Below are positions 1-7,759 of a stretch of 32,000 nt of DNA, one piece after another (position 1 is the stretch's first letter; each line of letters starts with the position of its first letter). A program made the translations under genes and the position numbers. The stretch is from the NCBI GenBank assembly GCA_010202845.1, contig CP047921.1, forward strand, positions 270,001 through 302,000. The letters are read 5' to 3'. The notes beneath the pieces are model-generated. The model was not told the DNA's origin, did not search any database, and worked only from the letters and a program-made list of their open reading frames with translations. This DNA comes from Candidatus Saccharibacteria bacterium oral taxon 488. GTDB lineage: Bacteria; Patescibacteriota; Saccharimonadia; Saccharimonadales; Saccharimonadaceae.

Positions 1-425
1 CCTTTCGCCAGCCAGTTGTCCAGTGGACTTCTGGTGATAAAAGCTATTTTGTTGACGATGCGGGTGTGACGTTCTCGACCACCTACGCGAGCTCGCCGTC
101 AGTCATCGTCAAAGACCAGAGTGGTGTGCCGACTGCAGCCGGCCAGGAGGTTATCAATCGCCACTTTCTCAGCTTTCTCGGTCAAGCTGTCGCCGGCTTT
201 CGTGAGCACCAGCTAGAGGTTACGGAAATTATCCTGCCACAAAACACCGTCCGCCAGGCGCTTCTGTCAATCAAGGGCCGTCCATACAGTATTAAAATGA
301 CCACCGACAGGGAGGCAGCAGCGCAGGTAGCGCAAGCGGTCAAGGCCATGACACTCTTCCAGAGTAGTGGCGCGGCTCCTGCATATATTGATGTGCGTGT
401 CAATCAGCGAGTGTTTTATAAGTAG
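1..425 (+). CDS. Partial CDS (3' end, open to the left edge); FtsQ/DivIB-like C-terminal region
   Basis: The frame is open from nt 3 with no stop (FRQPVVQWTSGDKSYFVDDAGV...), so the GTG at 66 in the ORF track is probably internal. The C-terminal pattern ...APAYIDVRVNQRVFYK and the preceding region resemble FtsQ/DivIB. Family call by eye only. Confidence 0.45.
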   Translation, partial: FRQPVVQWTSGDKSYFVDDAGVTFSTTYASSPSVIVKDQSGVPTAAGQEVINRHFLSFLGQAVAGFREHQLEVTEIILPQNTVRQALLSIKGRPYSIKMTTDREAAAQVAQAVKAMTLFQSSGAAPAYIDVRVNQRVFYK

Positions 426-1841
426 CGGGCAGGGGTGAATTACTCGTCCGCGTGGGTTGTAGGTCGAGCCACCAATAGGGTAGAGACGGAGCCCATTACT
501 CCGCTAGTTCGCTTTTTGTTCGTTTATCAGAGGATTAAGAAAAACATAATTATAATATCAAAATAGTAAAAAATCAAATAGGGTGCTTGTAGAAAAATAG
601 AGCAGGGGAATAAAATAGGAAAAAGTCAAATGTTTGTAGGCTTAACCAGCGGGATGCTGTGTTTGTCGTGCATGGTCTCGTATAAGCGCATATGCCCATG
701 CTGGGTGGTGCCTTGTGATGTGGAAAAGTCTACGAGTTACGCCTAGATTGTAACAACGTTTAGTTTGGTAAGGCCTAGCTTGATATTTATTTGAGAGACG
801 GAGACGACGCTGGCGCTGGAGGCATCCCAAACTCCCCCGGCTGAAAGTCGAAAGTGGTTAGTGTGGCCCGTTCTGTTTATGGTAGCTTGAACGTGTCCTG
901 GTGTTAGCACTCACCGTAGTACGGTGAAAGCCCGGAGGAGATCCCCCGCCGCAAGAGGTGTTAGGCGAAAAAGTTATAAAGGGTATATTAAGTGTATGTA
1001 TAACGAAGTTTAGCGTATCAAAATAACCATAATACGTAAAAGCTACCTTGTGCGACATTAAATTATCTACGAAAAGACGTATGCTCTATCGTCTCTTCGC
1101 GATAATATTTTTTGTTTTGTATATAATGCCTGGTCTAGTTTTGACTGCCCTTTACTGGACGCCCCGTGCTGTTACCGTGATTGACGGATAAATCTACCAA
1201 ATGTGGTTTTGCGGAATTTACTGAAAACTTAGATTTGTTTTATTACCTCGGCGTTTTATGTTTTATGGTGATTGAGCGCTTCTGTCTTTGTTCTCGTTTA
1301 TTGCCAGTAATTAATTGTGTTGCTAATAATTATTATAATAAAGTCTGTGCATGCTTATACATGAATCTTGGGGGCTGAAAGCTCAATATAACAAGTTCGC
1401 TTTTTGTTCTATCATTTTCAAGCATTGATTTTTGAATGACAAGGGTAGAGTTTTTTCATTTGATAGTTTCGCTATTCCACTAGCCTGCCTTAAATTGCAG
1501 CAGGAGTAGGAGTATACTTGTGCTGCTTATAATTGAGCTAACAAAGAGCAACTGCGCTTTTGGTGGTCAAGGCGATTTATGAGTGGCCATCGTCAAGCTC
1601 TATGACAATGGGCGGCTCTACGTTATTTGCTAGCTAGGGGCGGATCACTGGAAACCAAGTTACGTTTAATGTATTTTATGATATATTTATAGGTGAGTTC
1701 CCGATGGATTACTAATAGGACTTGTGTCTGTAAGCAGATTCTAGATTGCTAACGCCCCGCAAGTCGTCGTCCATCAGGGGTGTACCAAGCAATAACGGGA
1801 CAAATGAGTTCCCTGCTATGTTGAATTGATAGGAGATATCA

Positions 1842-2762
1842 GTGGTCGGAAAAAATTTTAAACAAACAGATCAGGAAAATAAGAGTAAGCCCGCTGTTAA
1901 AAAGCGAAAGCGTGGCTGGCTTATCTTTGGCGGAGTTGTCGTTACCCTTGCCGTTATAGGACATATCAGCAATGCAATGGAACAATCTCGCCTCGAGAAG
2001 GACAATGTTCCTATCATTATTTCCAATGTGGATGAAAACATTAAGCTTGATTATCATACGAATAAGCGTGAGATATCCGCTAAAATATCGGGCATTAGCT
2101 CATTCGCTGAAGTAAAAATATCGGAAAATAAGATTGAGGTTCATGATCGTAAAGACTCAGCTGGTAGTGTCAAGTATGAGATTAAAGACATCAAAGAGGG
2201 CGATAGCGATATTTCTATCTCTGTTGTTGACGGTAAGCGTCGCGGCGATAAGACCATTAAGATTCATCGTCAGACAAAAGCTGATTATGATAAGCAAGAG
2301 CTAGAAAAAGCTCTCAAGCGCGCCGAGGAATCAGTCAAAAAAGCCGAAGAACAATCGAGTGATGAAAATATATCTAGCGCCAAGTCAGATATTGGTAAAT
2401 TACCAGACGGCAAACGTACGCCATTCTCTGAACGTATTGCCAAATTAGAAAAAGCCAAGCAGGAAGAAAAAGAGCGCGCCGAGAAAGCCAAGAGAGACGC
2501 TGAGGAGAAGAAAAAGCAAGAAGAGGCAGCGGTTGCCGCAGCTAAAGCTCGGCAGCAACAGCAGCAAGGGCGACCGCAGCCTGCACCTCGTCAAACTACC
2601 CCTACTCCTGCCGCTCCGCAGCCAGCTCCGGCAGAAATTCATTTCCGTAATTGCAAAGAGGCACGCGCCGCTGGTTATAGCCACATGCGCCGGGGTGAGC
2701 CTGGATATGCACTGCACCTTGATAGAGACGGCGACGGCATAGCTTGCGATAAGCATAAATAA
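1842..2762 (+). CDS. Membrane-anchored coiled-coil / Pro-rich protein with a C-terminal Excalibur calcium-binding domain
   Basis: GTG start preceded by AGGAGA (1831-1836). N-terminal TM helix (WLIFGGVVVTLAVIGHI), a K/E-rich coiled-coil and a PQPAP linker. C-terminus FRNCKEARAAGYSHMRRGEPGYALHLDRDGDGIACDK matches the Excalibur DxDxDGxxC motif. Confidence 0.8.
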   Translation: MVGKNFKQTDQENKSKPAVKKRKRGWLIFGGVVVTLAVIGHISNAMEQSRLEKDNVPIIISNVDENIKLDYHTNKREISAKISGISSFAEVKISENKIEVHDRKDSAGSVKYEIKDIKEGDSDISISVVDGKRRGDKTIKIHRQTKADYDKQELEKALKRAEESVKKAEEQSSDENISSAKSDIGKLPDGKRTPFSERIAKLEKAKQEEKERAEKAKRDAEEKKKQEEAAVAAAKARQQQQQGRPQPAPRQTTPTPAAPQPAPAEIHFRNCKEARAAGYSHMRRGEPGYALHLDRDGDGIACDKHK

Positions 2763-2790
2763 CTAAGCCAGCTTTTAATCTGGCTTAGTT
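2761..2790. terminator. Bidirectional intrinsic terminator hairpin between convergent genes
   Basis: Perfect 11-bp stem aactaagccag / ctggcttagtt with an 8-nt loop (cttttaat). T-rich sequence follows on the plus strand. It lies between the stop at 2762 (+) and the stop at 2817 (-). Confidence 0.7.
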
Positions 2791-2816
2791 ATTTGTATAG
2801 TTTTTATATTTTAACT

Positions 2817-3449
2817 TTAACTTTGACCAACAGAATAAACCTTGAATGTTGAGGTTTTTAGACTATCTACTTTACCAGCCTCTACATATTTAAATGCTTC
2901 GTATGATCCAGACCCATTGCTTTTGAGGTCGTTAGCGTAAATCGTATCTTCTGCAAGTCGTGTGCCGCTAGCATCTACAGCCTCTATTTTAACAGTATAT
3001 GATTTTGTCTCGGCATTCTTATTTGTAACCTTAACGCTTAACAGGGTTTTATTGATACCATATGCATCAGTAGTCGCTGAAAATTGGCCAACCTCAACAC
3101 TAACATCGTTTTTGAGCAGCTCATCAGTCTTTTTGCCGCTCGATGTATCCACTGAATCCTGGATGGCTTTACCAGCATCGTTTATTGCTTTACCGTACAT
3201 CGCTTGACTGGCTAGCACGATGCCAACGCAGACTAAGCCTATGATTAAAACGGCAATTGACATTCCGTGGCCTGCGCCGTCGTGCTTCTTAGCGCGAACA
3301 ATGCCAACTATGCCAAAAAATATAGCGAGCACGCCAAGTATTGCGGCGAAGTTGTTAATAATCGGGATTGCCGATAACACTAGCCCGATAATACCCATAA
3401 CTAATCCTGTTATGACTAGCCCAGATTTCTTTTGTTCGTTTTTGCCCAT
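2817..3449 (-). CDS. Small membrane protein: N-terminal Gly-rich TM helices plus a C-terminal beta-rich extracytoplasmic domain (DUF4190/DUF4352-like by eye)
   Basis: Start moved from 3500 to the ATG at 3449 (MGKNEQKK...). That ATG is preceded by GAGGGGGA, whereas the T-tract of a candidate minus-strand hairpin abuts 3500. TM segments GLVITGLVMGIIGLVLSAIPII and ILGVLAIFFGIVGIV. Confidence 0.65.
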   Translation of the reverse strand: MGKNEQKKSGLVITGLVMGIIGLVLSAIPIINNFAAILGVLAIFFGIVGIVRAKKHDGAGHGMSIAVLIIGLVCVGIVLASQAMYGKAINDAGKAIQDSVDTSSGKKTDELLKNDVSVEVGQFSATTDAYGINKTLLSVKVTNKNAETKSYTVKIEAVDASGTRLAEDTIYANDLKSNGSGSYEAFKYVEAGKVDSLKTSTFKVYSVGQS

Positions 3450-3745
3450 AATCCCCCTCAGGATTTTATTAATAATATAGATTGCCTGCTGAGCTGTCAT
3501 AAAAAAGGACAGCCATTTGCTGACTGTCTAGATCTGACAAGGGAACGCATACGTCCACTTTATCGCACAATGGTTGCTCATTTGCAAAGTGAACCAGACT
3601 ATGCGGTACCCAGTCAGATCTAGACGAATTCAGTATATCAATAAAAGATAAAAATTTGAATAGTTACAGTTTTTATACTGTCTTTGACAGTTGTTTTACC
3701 GTGTAGAAGTTTTCTATTTTTGTCGAGAGGCTTAATTATTATATA

Positions 3746-6424
3746 TCATGCAGCACTCTTCTTCCGTCGTCGTCGGCGTTTCTTTGGTGTGGTGGTGTCG
3801 GTGGCTGCTGATTCAAATGCGCTGTTGCCGCGGATTTGCAAGATGACTTCGCCGCTGTCTGTGACGGGTTCGGGTTGTGGTGCGGGGTGTTGGGTGTTAG
3901 TGGCCGTGGTTCCCTGCATCGGTTGACTAGTGGCCGCCTGAACGGGCTGGGCTAGTGCGGCTGCGGCGACGGCTTGCGGGCGCGGCTGGCTGCTGGGCTG
4001 CTTTTGCGAGCGCGGCGGCATAATGACGGCGGCAATTTCTCGCTCAACGTCTTCCCGGCTCCGCGAGTACATGCGTCGTGAATGCTCGATGATGTGCGGC
4101 GTGTTGTCAGCTTGGCTTGGCGGGAGCTCGAGAGTGCGTGCGGAGAAAGCTGGAGTCTTCTCTCCCCCGATGACCATGTTGATGACGAAGTTGCGATTAT
4201 GCATCTGCAAGAGGTCGACGGCTTCAAAATTTGGCTCAAATTGCTTGGCGAGAATTGGTGCGTCGTCGGCAGACACGCGGAATGAAATCATAGTGCCGAC
4301 ATTGCCAAAGACTGCATCACGCACGGTTTCGTTCATCTGTGAGATGTACTGGTTGGCGACGGTCAGGTTGAGGCCGTATTTGCGGGCTTCGGACAGGATG
4401 GTGGCAAATGAGTCGGTGGCAAAGTTCTGGAACTCGTCGACGTAAAGGTAAAATGGACGGCGGTCGCGGATGTCGGGGATGTCAGAGCGGCTCATAGCAG
4501 CCAGCTGAATCTTGGTGACCAGGAATGAGCCGAGGATGGCGGCGTTGTCTTCGCCGATCAAACCCTTGGACAGATTGACGATGAGAATTCTGCCTTCGTC
4601 CATGATTTGGCGGATGTTGAAGGTGGATTTGGGCTGACCGATGATGTTGCGGATGATTGGGTTGGCGGTAAAGGCGCCGACTTTGTTGAGGACTGGTGCG
4701 ACGGCCTCGGCGACGAACTTGTCGTTCCAGCTGGCGAATTCGACGTTCCAGAACTGCAGAACCACAGTGTCGCGACAATAGCTCAGCGTTTCCTTGCGGA
4801 AGTTTTTATCAGTCAGCATGCGGGTGATGTCCAGCATGGTCGTCTCTGGCCGGTCGAGCAGCGCCAGGATGGTGTAGCGCAAGATGTACTCCAGCCGCGG
4901 GCCCCAACTCTCGCCAAACATACGCTTCAGGACGCCGATGACTTCTGATGAAATGTTGGTTTTTTGGTTCGGGTTGGTGACTTCCAGCGGGTTGAAGCCG
5001 AGTGGATAGGCGGTGTCGGCTGGGTTGAAATAGACAACGTCGTTCAGCCGTGAGCCAGGGATGAATTTCATGTTGTTGATGGCGAAGTCGCCGTGCGGGT
5101 CGATGATGGCGTAGCCTTGATTGTGAAAAATGTCGCTGAGCGCGAATAATTCGAGCAACCCAGACTTGCCTGCCCCCGTCTGGCCGATGATGTAAACGTG
5201 ACGCGAGCGATCATAGCGCAGCATGCCGAACTGGTGGTTAATGCCGCGGAAGTTGGTGACGCCAAAGGCGGAAATTTGGTCGTCATTGGCGTCGCTGCCG
5301 GTCAGGACAGGCAGCTTGGATGGCGGTTCGGCGGTTTTGGCGCTGGCCCAGACGATGTTTGGCGTCTCGACATTGGTGTGCGGCAAGTGAAAGACAGAGG
5401 CCAGCTCTTCGATGTTGAGAATGTAGCCATCACCGTAAAATGCACGCTTGCGGTACTTGTCGAGAAACTCCTTGCCGAACGCACCCTTGACAGCGCGAAA
5501 GCCGTTGAGGTTGGTTGAGTTGAATTGCTTAAAAGCACCGACCAGCGCCTGCATATGTAGCTTGGCGCTGGTTTGATCTTCGCCAAGGTACGCCAGGCGG
5601 ATCTTGACGTCGTAGCCTAATTTAGTGGCCTTCTTCTCTGCCTCAGAGACGCGCGTCTTGTCGCGCTCAGATAGCTCGGGCGCTTTTTTGCCATCACTTC
5701 CTTGGCCTGGTGGCTTCCAGAGCGCCTCCAGTAGCGTACCAATCCATTGCAAGCCTCTACCGCCGAGTCCGGGGATAAGCTTATGTCCACTCTTGACGCT
5801 GGCGATCCAGCGATCGGCGGACTGTTGCCAGCTGTCGGCGATCGGCCTGATGAGCACCTGCACCCAGAGTTCCTCGCCGGTCAATTCTAGCTTGGCCAGC
5901 GTACCAGTAATTCCCGCCAGTGGATCGACTTCAAAGGTCTGAAAGGTGCGAATTGGCAAGAACTCTGGCGCCGTCAAGGTTAGCTCAGTGGTGTACACGG
6001 TGGAGTGCTCACGCTCGTGCTCGGTGTAATCTTCGCTGGCGACGTGGATTTGAACGGTTGGGTACTGGGCGTAAATTTGTCCCTCGACGAAACTTTGTAG
6101 CGTTCGGGGCACCCAGACGTAAAAACGAATTTGACCGTTGACCGAGGCGATTTCAAAGCTGATATGCTCCTGCCGCCCGCCCGATAATTTGAGCTCGCGT
6201 TTGTCGCGCAAGATGCCGTGCAGGCTGGCGAATAATTGCTCGGCGGCCAGCTCTTTCTTGTCGTTGGCTTTGGGAATTTCGAGTACCAATAACACGCTCT
6301 CGGTCGGTTCGAATTCGTCGGCCCGCTGATAGTTGCGCCACGTCAAAAATGATAGCACGGCTGTGATGGGTATCCAGACGTACCACTGCGTTAAAAAACT
6401 AATCATCGAAGAGATAATTTCCAT
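3746..6424 (-). CDS. Membrane-anchored FtsK/HerA/TraD-VirD4-like P-loop ATPase (type IV secretion coupling-protein-like)
   Basis: N-terminal TM region (WYVWIPITAVLSFLTW). Walker A YIIGQTGAGKSGLL followed by AIIDPHGDF. Walker B PFYLYVDEFQNFAT and RKYGLNLTVANQYISQM, typical of T4CP/DUF87 ATPases. Pro/Gln/Ala-rich C-terminus ending in the basic tail KKRRRRRKKSAA. GGGGTGA lies 14 nt upstream of the ATG. Confidence 0.8.
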   Translation of the reverse strand: MEIISSMISFLTQWYVWIPITAVLSFLTWRNYQRADEFEPTESVLLVLEIPKANDKKELAAEQLFASLHGILRDKRELKLSGGRQEHISFEIASVNGQIRFYVWVPRTLQSFVEGQIYAQYPTVQIHVASEDYTEHEREHSTVYTTELTLTAPEFLPIRTFQTFEVDPLAGITGTLAKLELTGEELWVQVLIRPIADSWQQSADRWIASVKSGHKLIPGLGGRGLQWIGTLLEALWKPPGQGSDGKKAPELSERDKTRVSEAEKKATKLGYDVKIRLAYLGEDQTSAKLHMQALVGAFKQFNSTNLNGFRAVKGAFGKEFLDKYRKRAFYGDGYILNIEELASVFHLPHTNVETPNIVWASAKTAEPPSKLPVLTGSDANDDQISAFGVTNFRGINHQFGMLRYDRSRHVYIIGQTGAGKSGLLELFALSDIFHNQGYAIIDPHGDFAINNMKFIPGSRLNDVVYFNPADTAYPLGFNPLEVTNPNQKTNISSEVIGVLKRMFGESWGPRLEYILRYTILALLDRPETTMLDITRMLTDKNFRKETLSYCRDTVVLQFWNVEFASWNDKFVAEAVAPVLNKVGAFTANPIIRNIIGQPKSTFNIRQIMDEGRILIVNLSKGLIGEDNAAILGSFLVTKIQLAAMSRSDIPDIRDRRPFYLYVDEFQNFATDSFATILSEARKYGLNLTVANQYISQMNETVRDAVFGNVGTMISFRVSADDAPILAKQFEPNFEAVDLLQMHNRNFVINMVIGGEKTPAFSARTLELPPSQADNTPHIIEHSRRMYSRSREDVEREIAAVIMPPRSQKQPSSQPRPQAVAAAALAQPVQAATSQPMQGTTATNTQHPAPQPEPVTDSGEVILQIRGNSAFESAATDTTTPKKRRRRRKKSAA

Positions 6425-6463
6425 GCTATTTCATTATCTCACCCCTTATAGATAAATGCAAAC

Positions 6464-7519
6464 CTAGGCTTCGCTGACCAGAATGTAGGTGGCCTTGGCG
6501 GAGCGTTGGAATTGCGGTTTGGCTTGCAAGTTGAGCAGAATGGTGGTTTCTTTGACTTGACGCTTGTCGAGGACGCGCTTCACGATTTCATCGCGGTGCA
6601 GCGGCTCGCCGGCCTCGCGTAGGACGCTGGCGATGATGTCGGCGACGGTACCGCGAGCGTAGCCCCATGATTCGAGGGCATAAATACCGCGGCCGATCAG
6701 AACGAAGCGCTTGTCTTTGATGAGTTCGTTGTGAATGGCTTGGATGGTGACATCTTTGCGTTTGAAATCGCTGTCCTTGATGGCTTTAGCAATGTCCGAG
6801 AAGTGCATTGGCTGGCCGTTGCTGTCGAGAATGACGAAAATCTTGTCACGAATGGTTTTTGGGTTGACGAGCGGCCACTTGATCAGGCCCCACAAACCGC
6901 GGAGGTGAGCTAGTTTCTTGCTGATTGAGGCGAGCGCGGCAATGTTGGATGGGTGCTCGTAGTTGAGCGTTTTGTGTAGTTCCTCGGCGGTGACTGGCTG
7001 GCCGTGCTGTTTGATGGCTTTGATGATTTCTTCGACTTGCTTCTTGATATTCTTCTCGTCGTTTGGTGTGCCGATGATGGCTGAGTGGTAATAGTCATCG
7101 TTCTCGGTGATAATGTTGATTGATGGATTGAGCTCGGCGATAAAGGCGACATGGGATCGTTCGCTATCGGTGACATCTCGGCCGAGGACGTGCTTGGCGA
7201 GATTATGTAGTGGTGCGGCTCGGCCCATTTCTGACAGGTGTGAAGTGACCATCTTTTCAGCAGCCGAGGCACTTGGTATGCCGCCATCAGCTACCAGTAG
7301 ACGGAGGCGAACGAGGATAGCCTTCTCCAGCTGGCGGACACGCTCACGAGTGATCCCGAGCATGTCGCCGATCTGCTCCAGCGTCTCTTTGCTGCCGTAT
7401 AAACCAAAGCGACGGCTAATAATCTCTTTCTCGCGCTCCTGCGGAATTTGCGCCAAAACATCCTCGGCCGCTTGCCGAAGCTGCTTGTCTGGTGCGCTCT
7501 GTTCTTGTGTGTCGCTCAT
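6464..7519 (-). CDS. DNA-binding protein: N-terminal sigma-70 region-4-like HTH plus repeated winged-helix (HARE-HTH/RpoE-delta-like) modules
   Basis: ISRRFGLYGSKETLEQIGDMLGITRERVRQLEKAILVRLR is a classic sigma-70 region 4 HTH. Downstream segments (MHFSDIAKAIKDS...RFVLIGRGIYALESWGY; LHRDEIVKRVLDKRQ...) look like HARE-HTH-type winged helices. No sigma region 2 was seen. It lies 39 nt upstream of the ATPase gene on the same strand. Confidence 0.7.
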   Translation of the reverse strand: MSDTQEQSAPDKQLRQAAEDVLAQIPQEREKEIISRRFGLYGSKETLEQIGDMLGITRERVRQLEKAILVRLRLLVADGGIPSASAAEKMVTSHLSEMGRAAPLHNLAKHVLGRDVTDSERSHVAFIAELNPSINIITENDDYYHSAIIGTPNDEKNIKKQVEEIIKAIKQHGQPVTAEELHKTLNYEHPSNIAALASISKKLAHLRGLWGLIKWPLVNPKTIRDKIFVILDSNGQPMHFSDIAKAIKDSDFKRKDVTIQAIHNELIKDKRFVLIGRGIYALESWGYARGTVADIIASVLREAGEPLHRDEIVKRVLDKRQVKETTILLNLQAKPQFQRSAKATYILVSEA

Positions 7520-7582
7520 GGCTTTATGTTAAATCCTCTCTGCCTCACCTCAGAAGTTATGTTGATATATGACGATATTGCT

Positions 7583-7610
7583 ATTATACAATAAAATATT
7601 TTCGTGTCAA
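7583..7610 (-). promoter_or_regulatory. Sigma-70-type promoter for the 7519-3746 operon
   Basis: The minus strand reads TTGACA (7610-7605), a 16-nt spacer, then TATAAT (7588-7583). It lies about 60 nt upstream of the ATG at 7519. Confidence 0.6.
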
Positions 7611-7759
7611 GCAAGTCGTATAGTACGCCATAATTATAGCATGTATTTAACAATTTTTGCAATGAAATGGTGTGATAGTTTTTAATTTTGTGAATTATGG
7701 GAATGTGGTCTATACAGCACTAATAAAATGTGGCTTGATTGAGTTATTTTGCGGGTCAA

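Noticed and set aside
430-1000. Possible tmRNA, RNase P RNA or SRP RNA in the GC-richer part of the large intergenic gap. Fragments such as GGCTGAAAGTCGA, GGTGAAAGCCCGG, ACAGAACGGGCC on the minus strand, and GAGCCACCA looked suggestive.
   Set aside because: Neither strand has a T-arm (GGTTCGAnTCC) plus a CCA-terminated acceptor pairing with a GGGG 5' end, and there is no plausible tag ORF ending in Ala-Ala. GGAAAGTCC (RNase P P4) and GGAAGCAGC (SRP helix 8) are also absent. The resemblances are short and out of order.
426-1841. Chromosomal replication origin (an AT-rich noncoding stretch).
   Set aside because: Only weak partial matches to the DnaA box TTATCCACA were found (for example TTATCTACG at about 1064 and TTATCAGAG at about 523). 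There is no cluster of boxes, and no dnaA or dnaN gene is adjacent.
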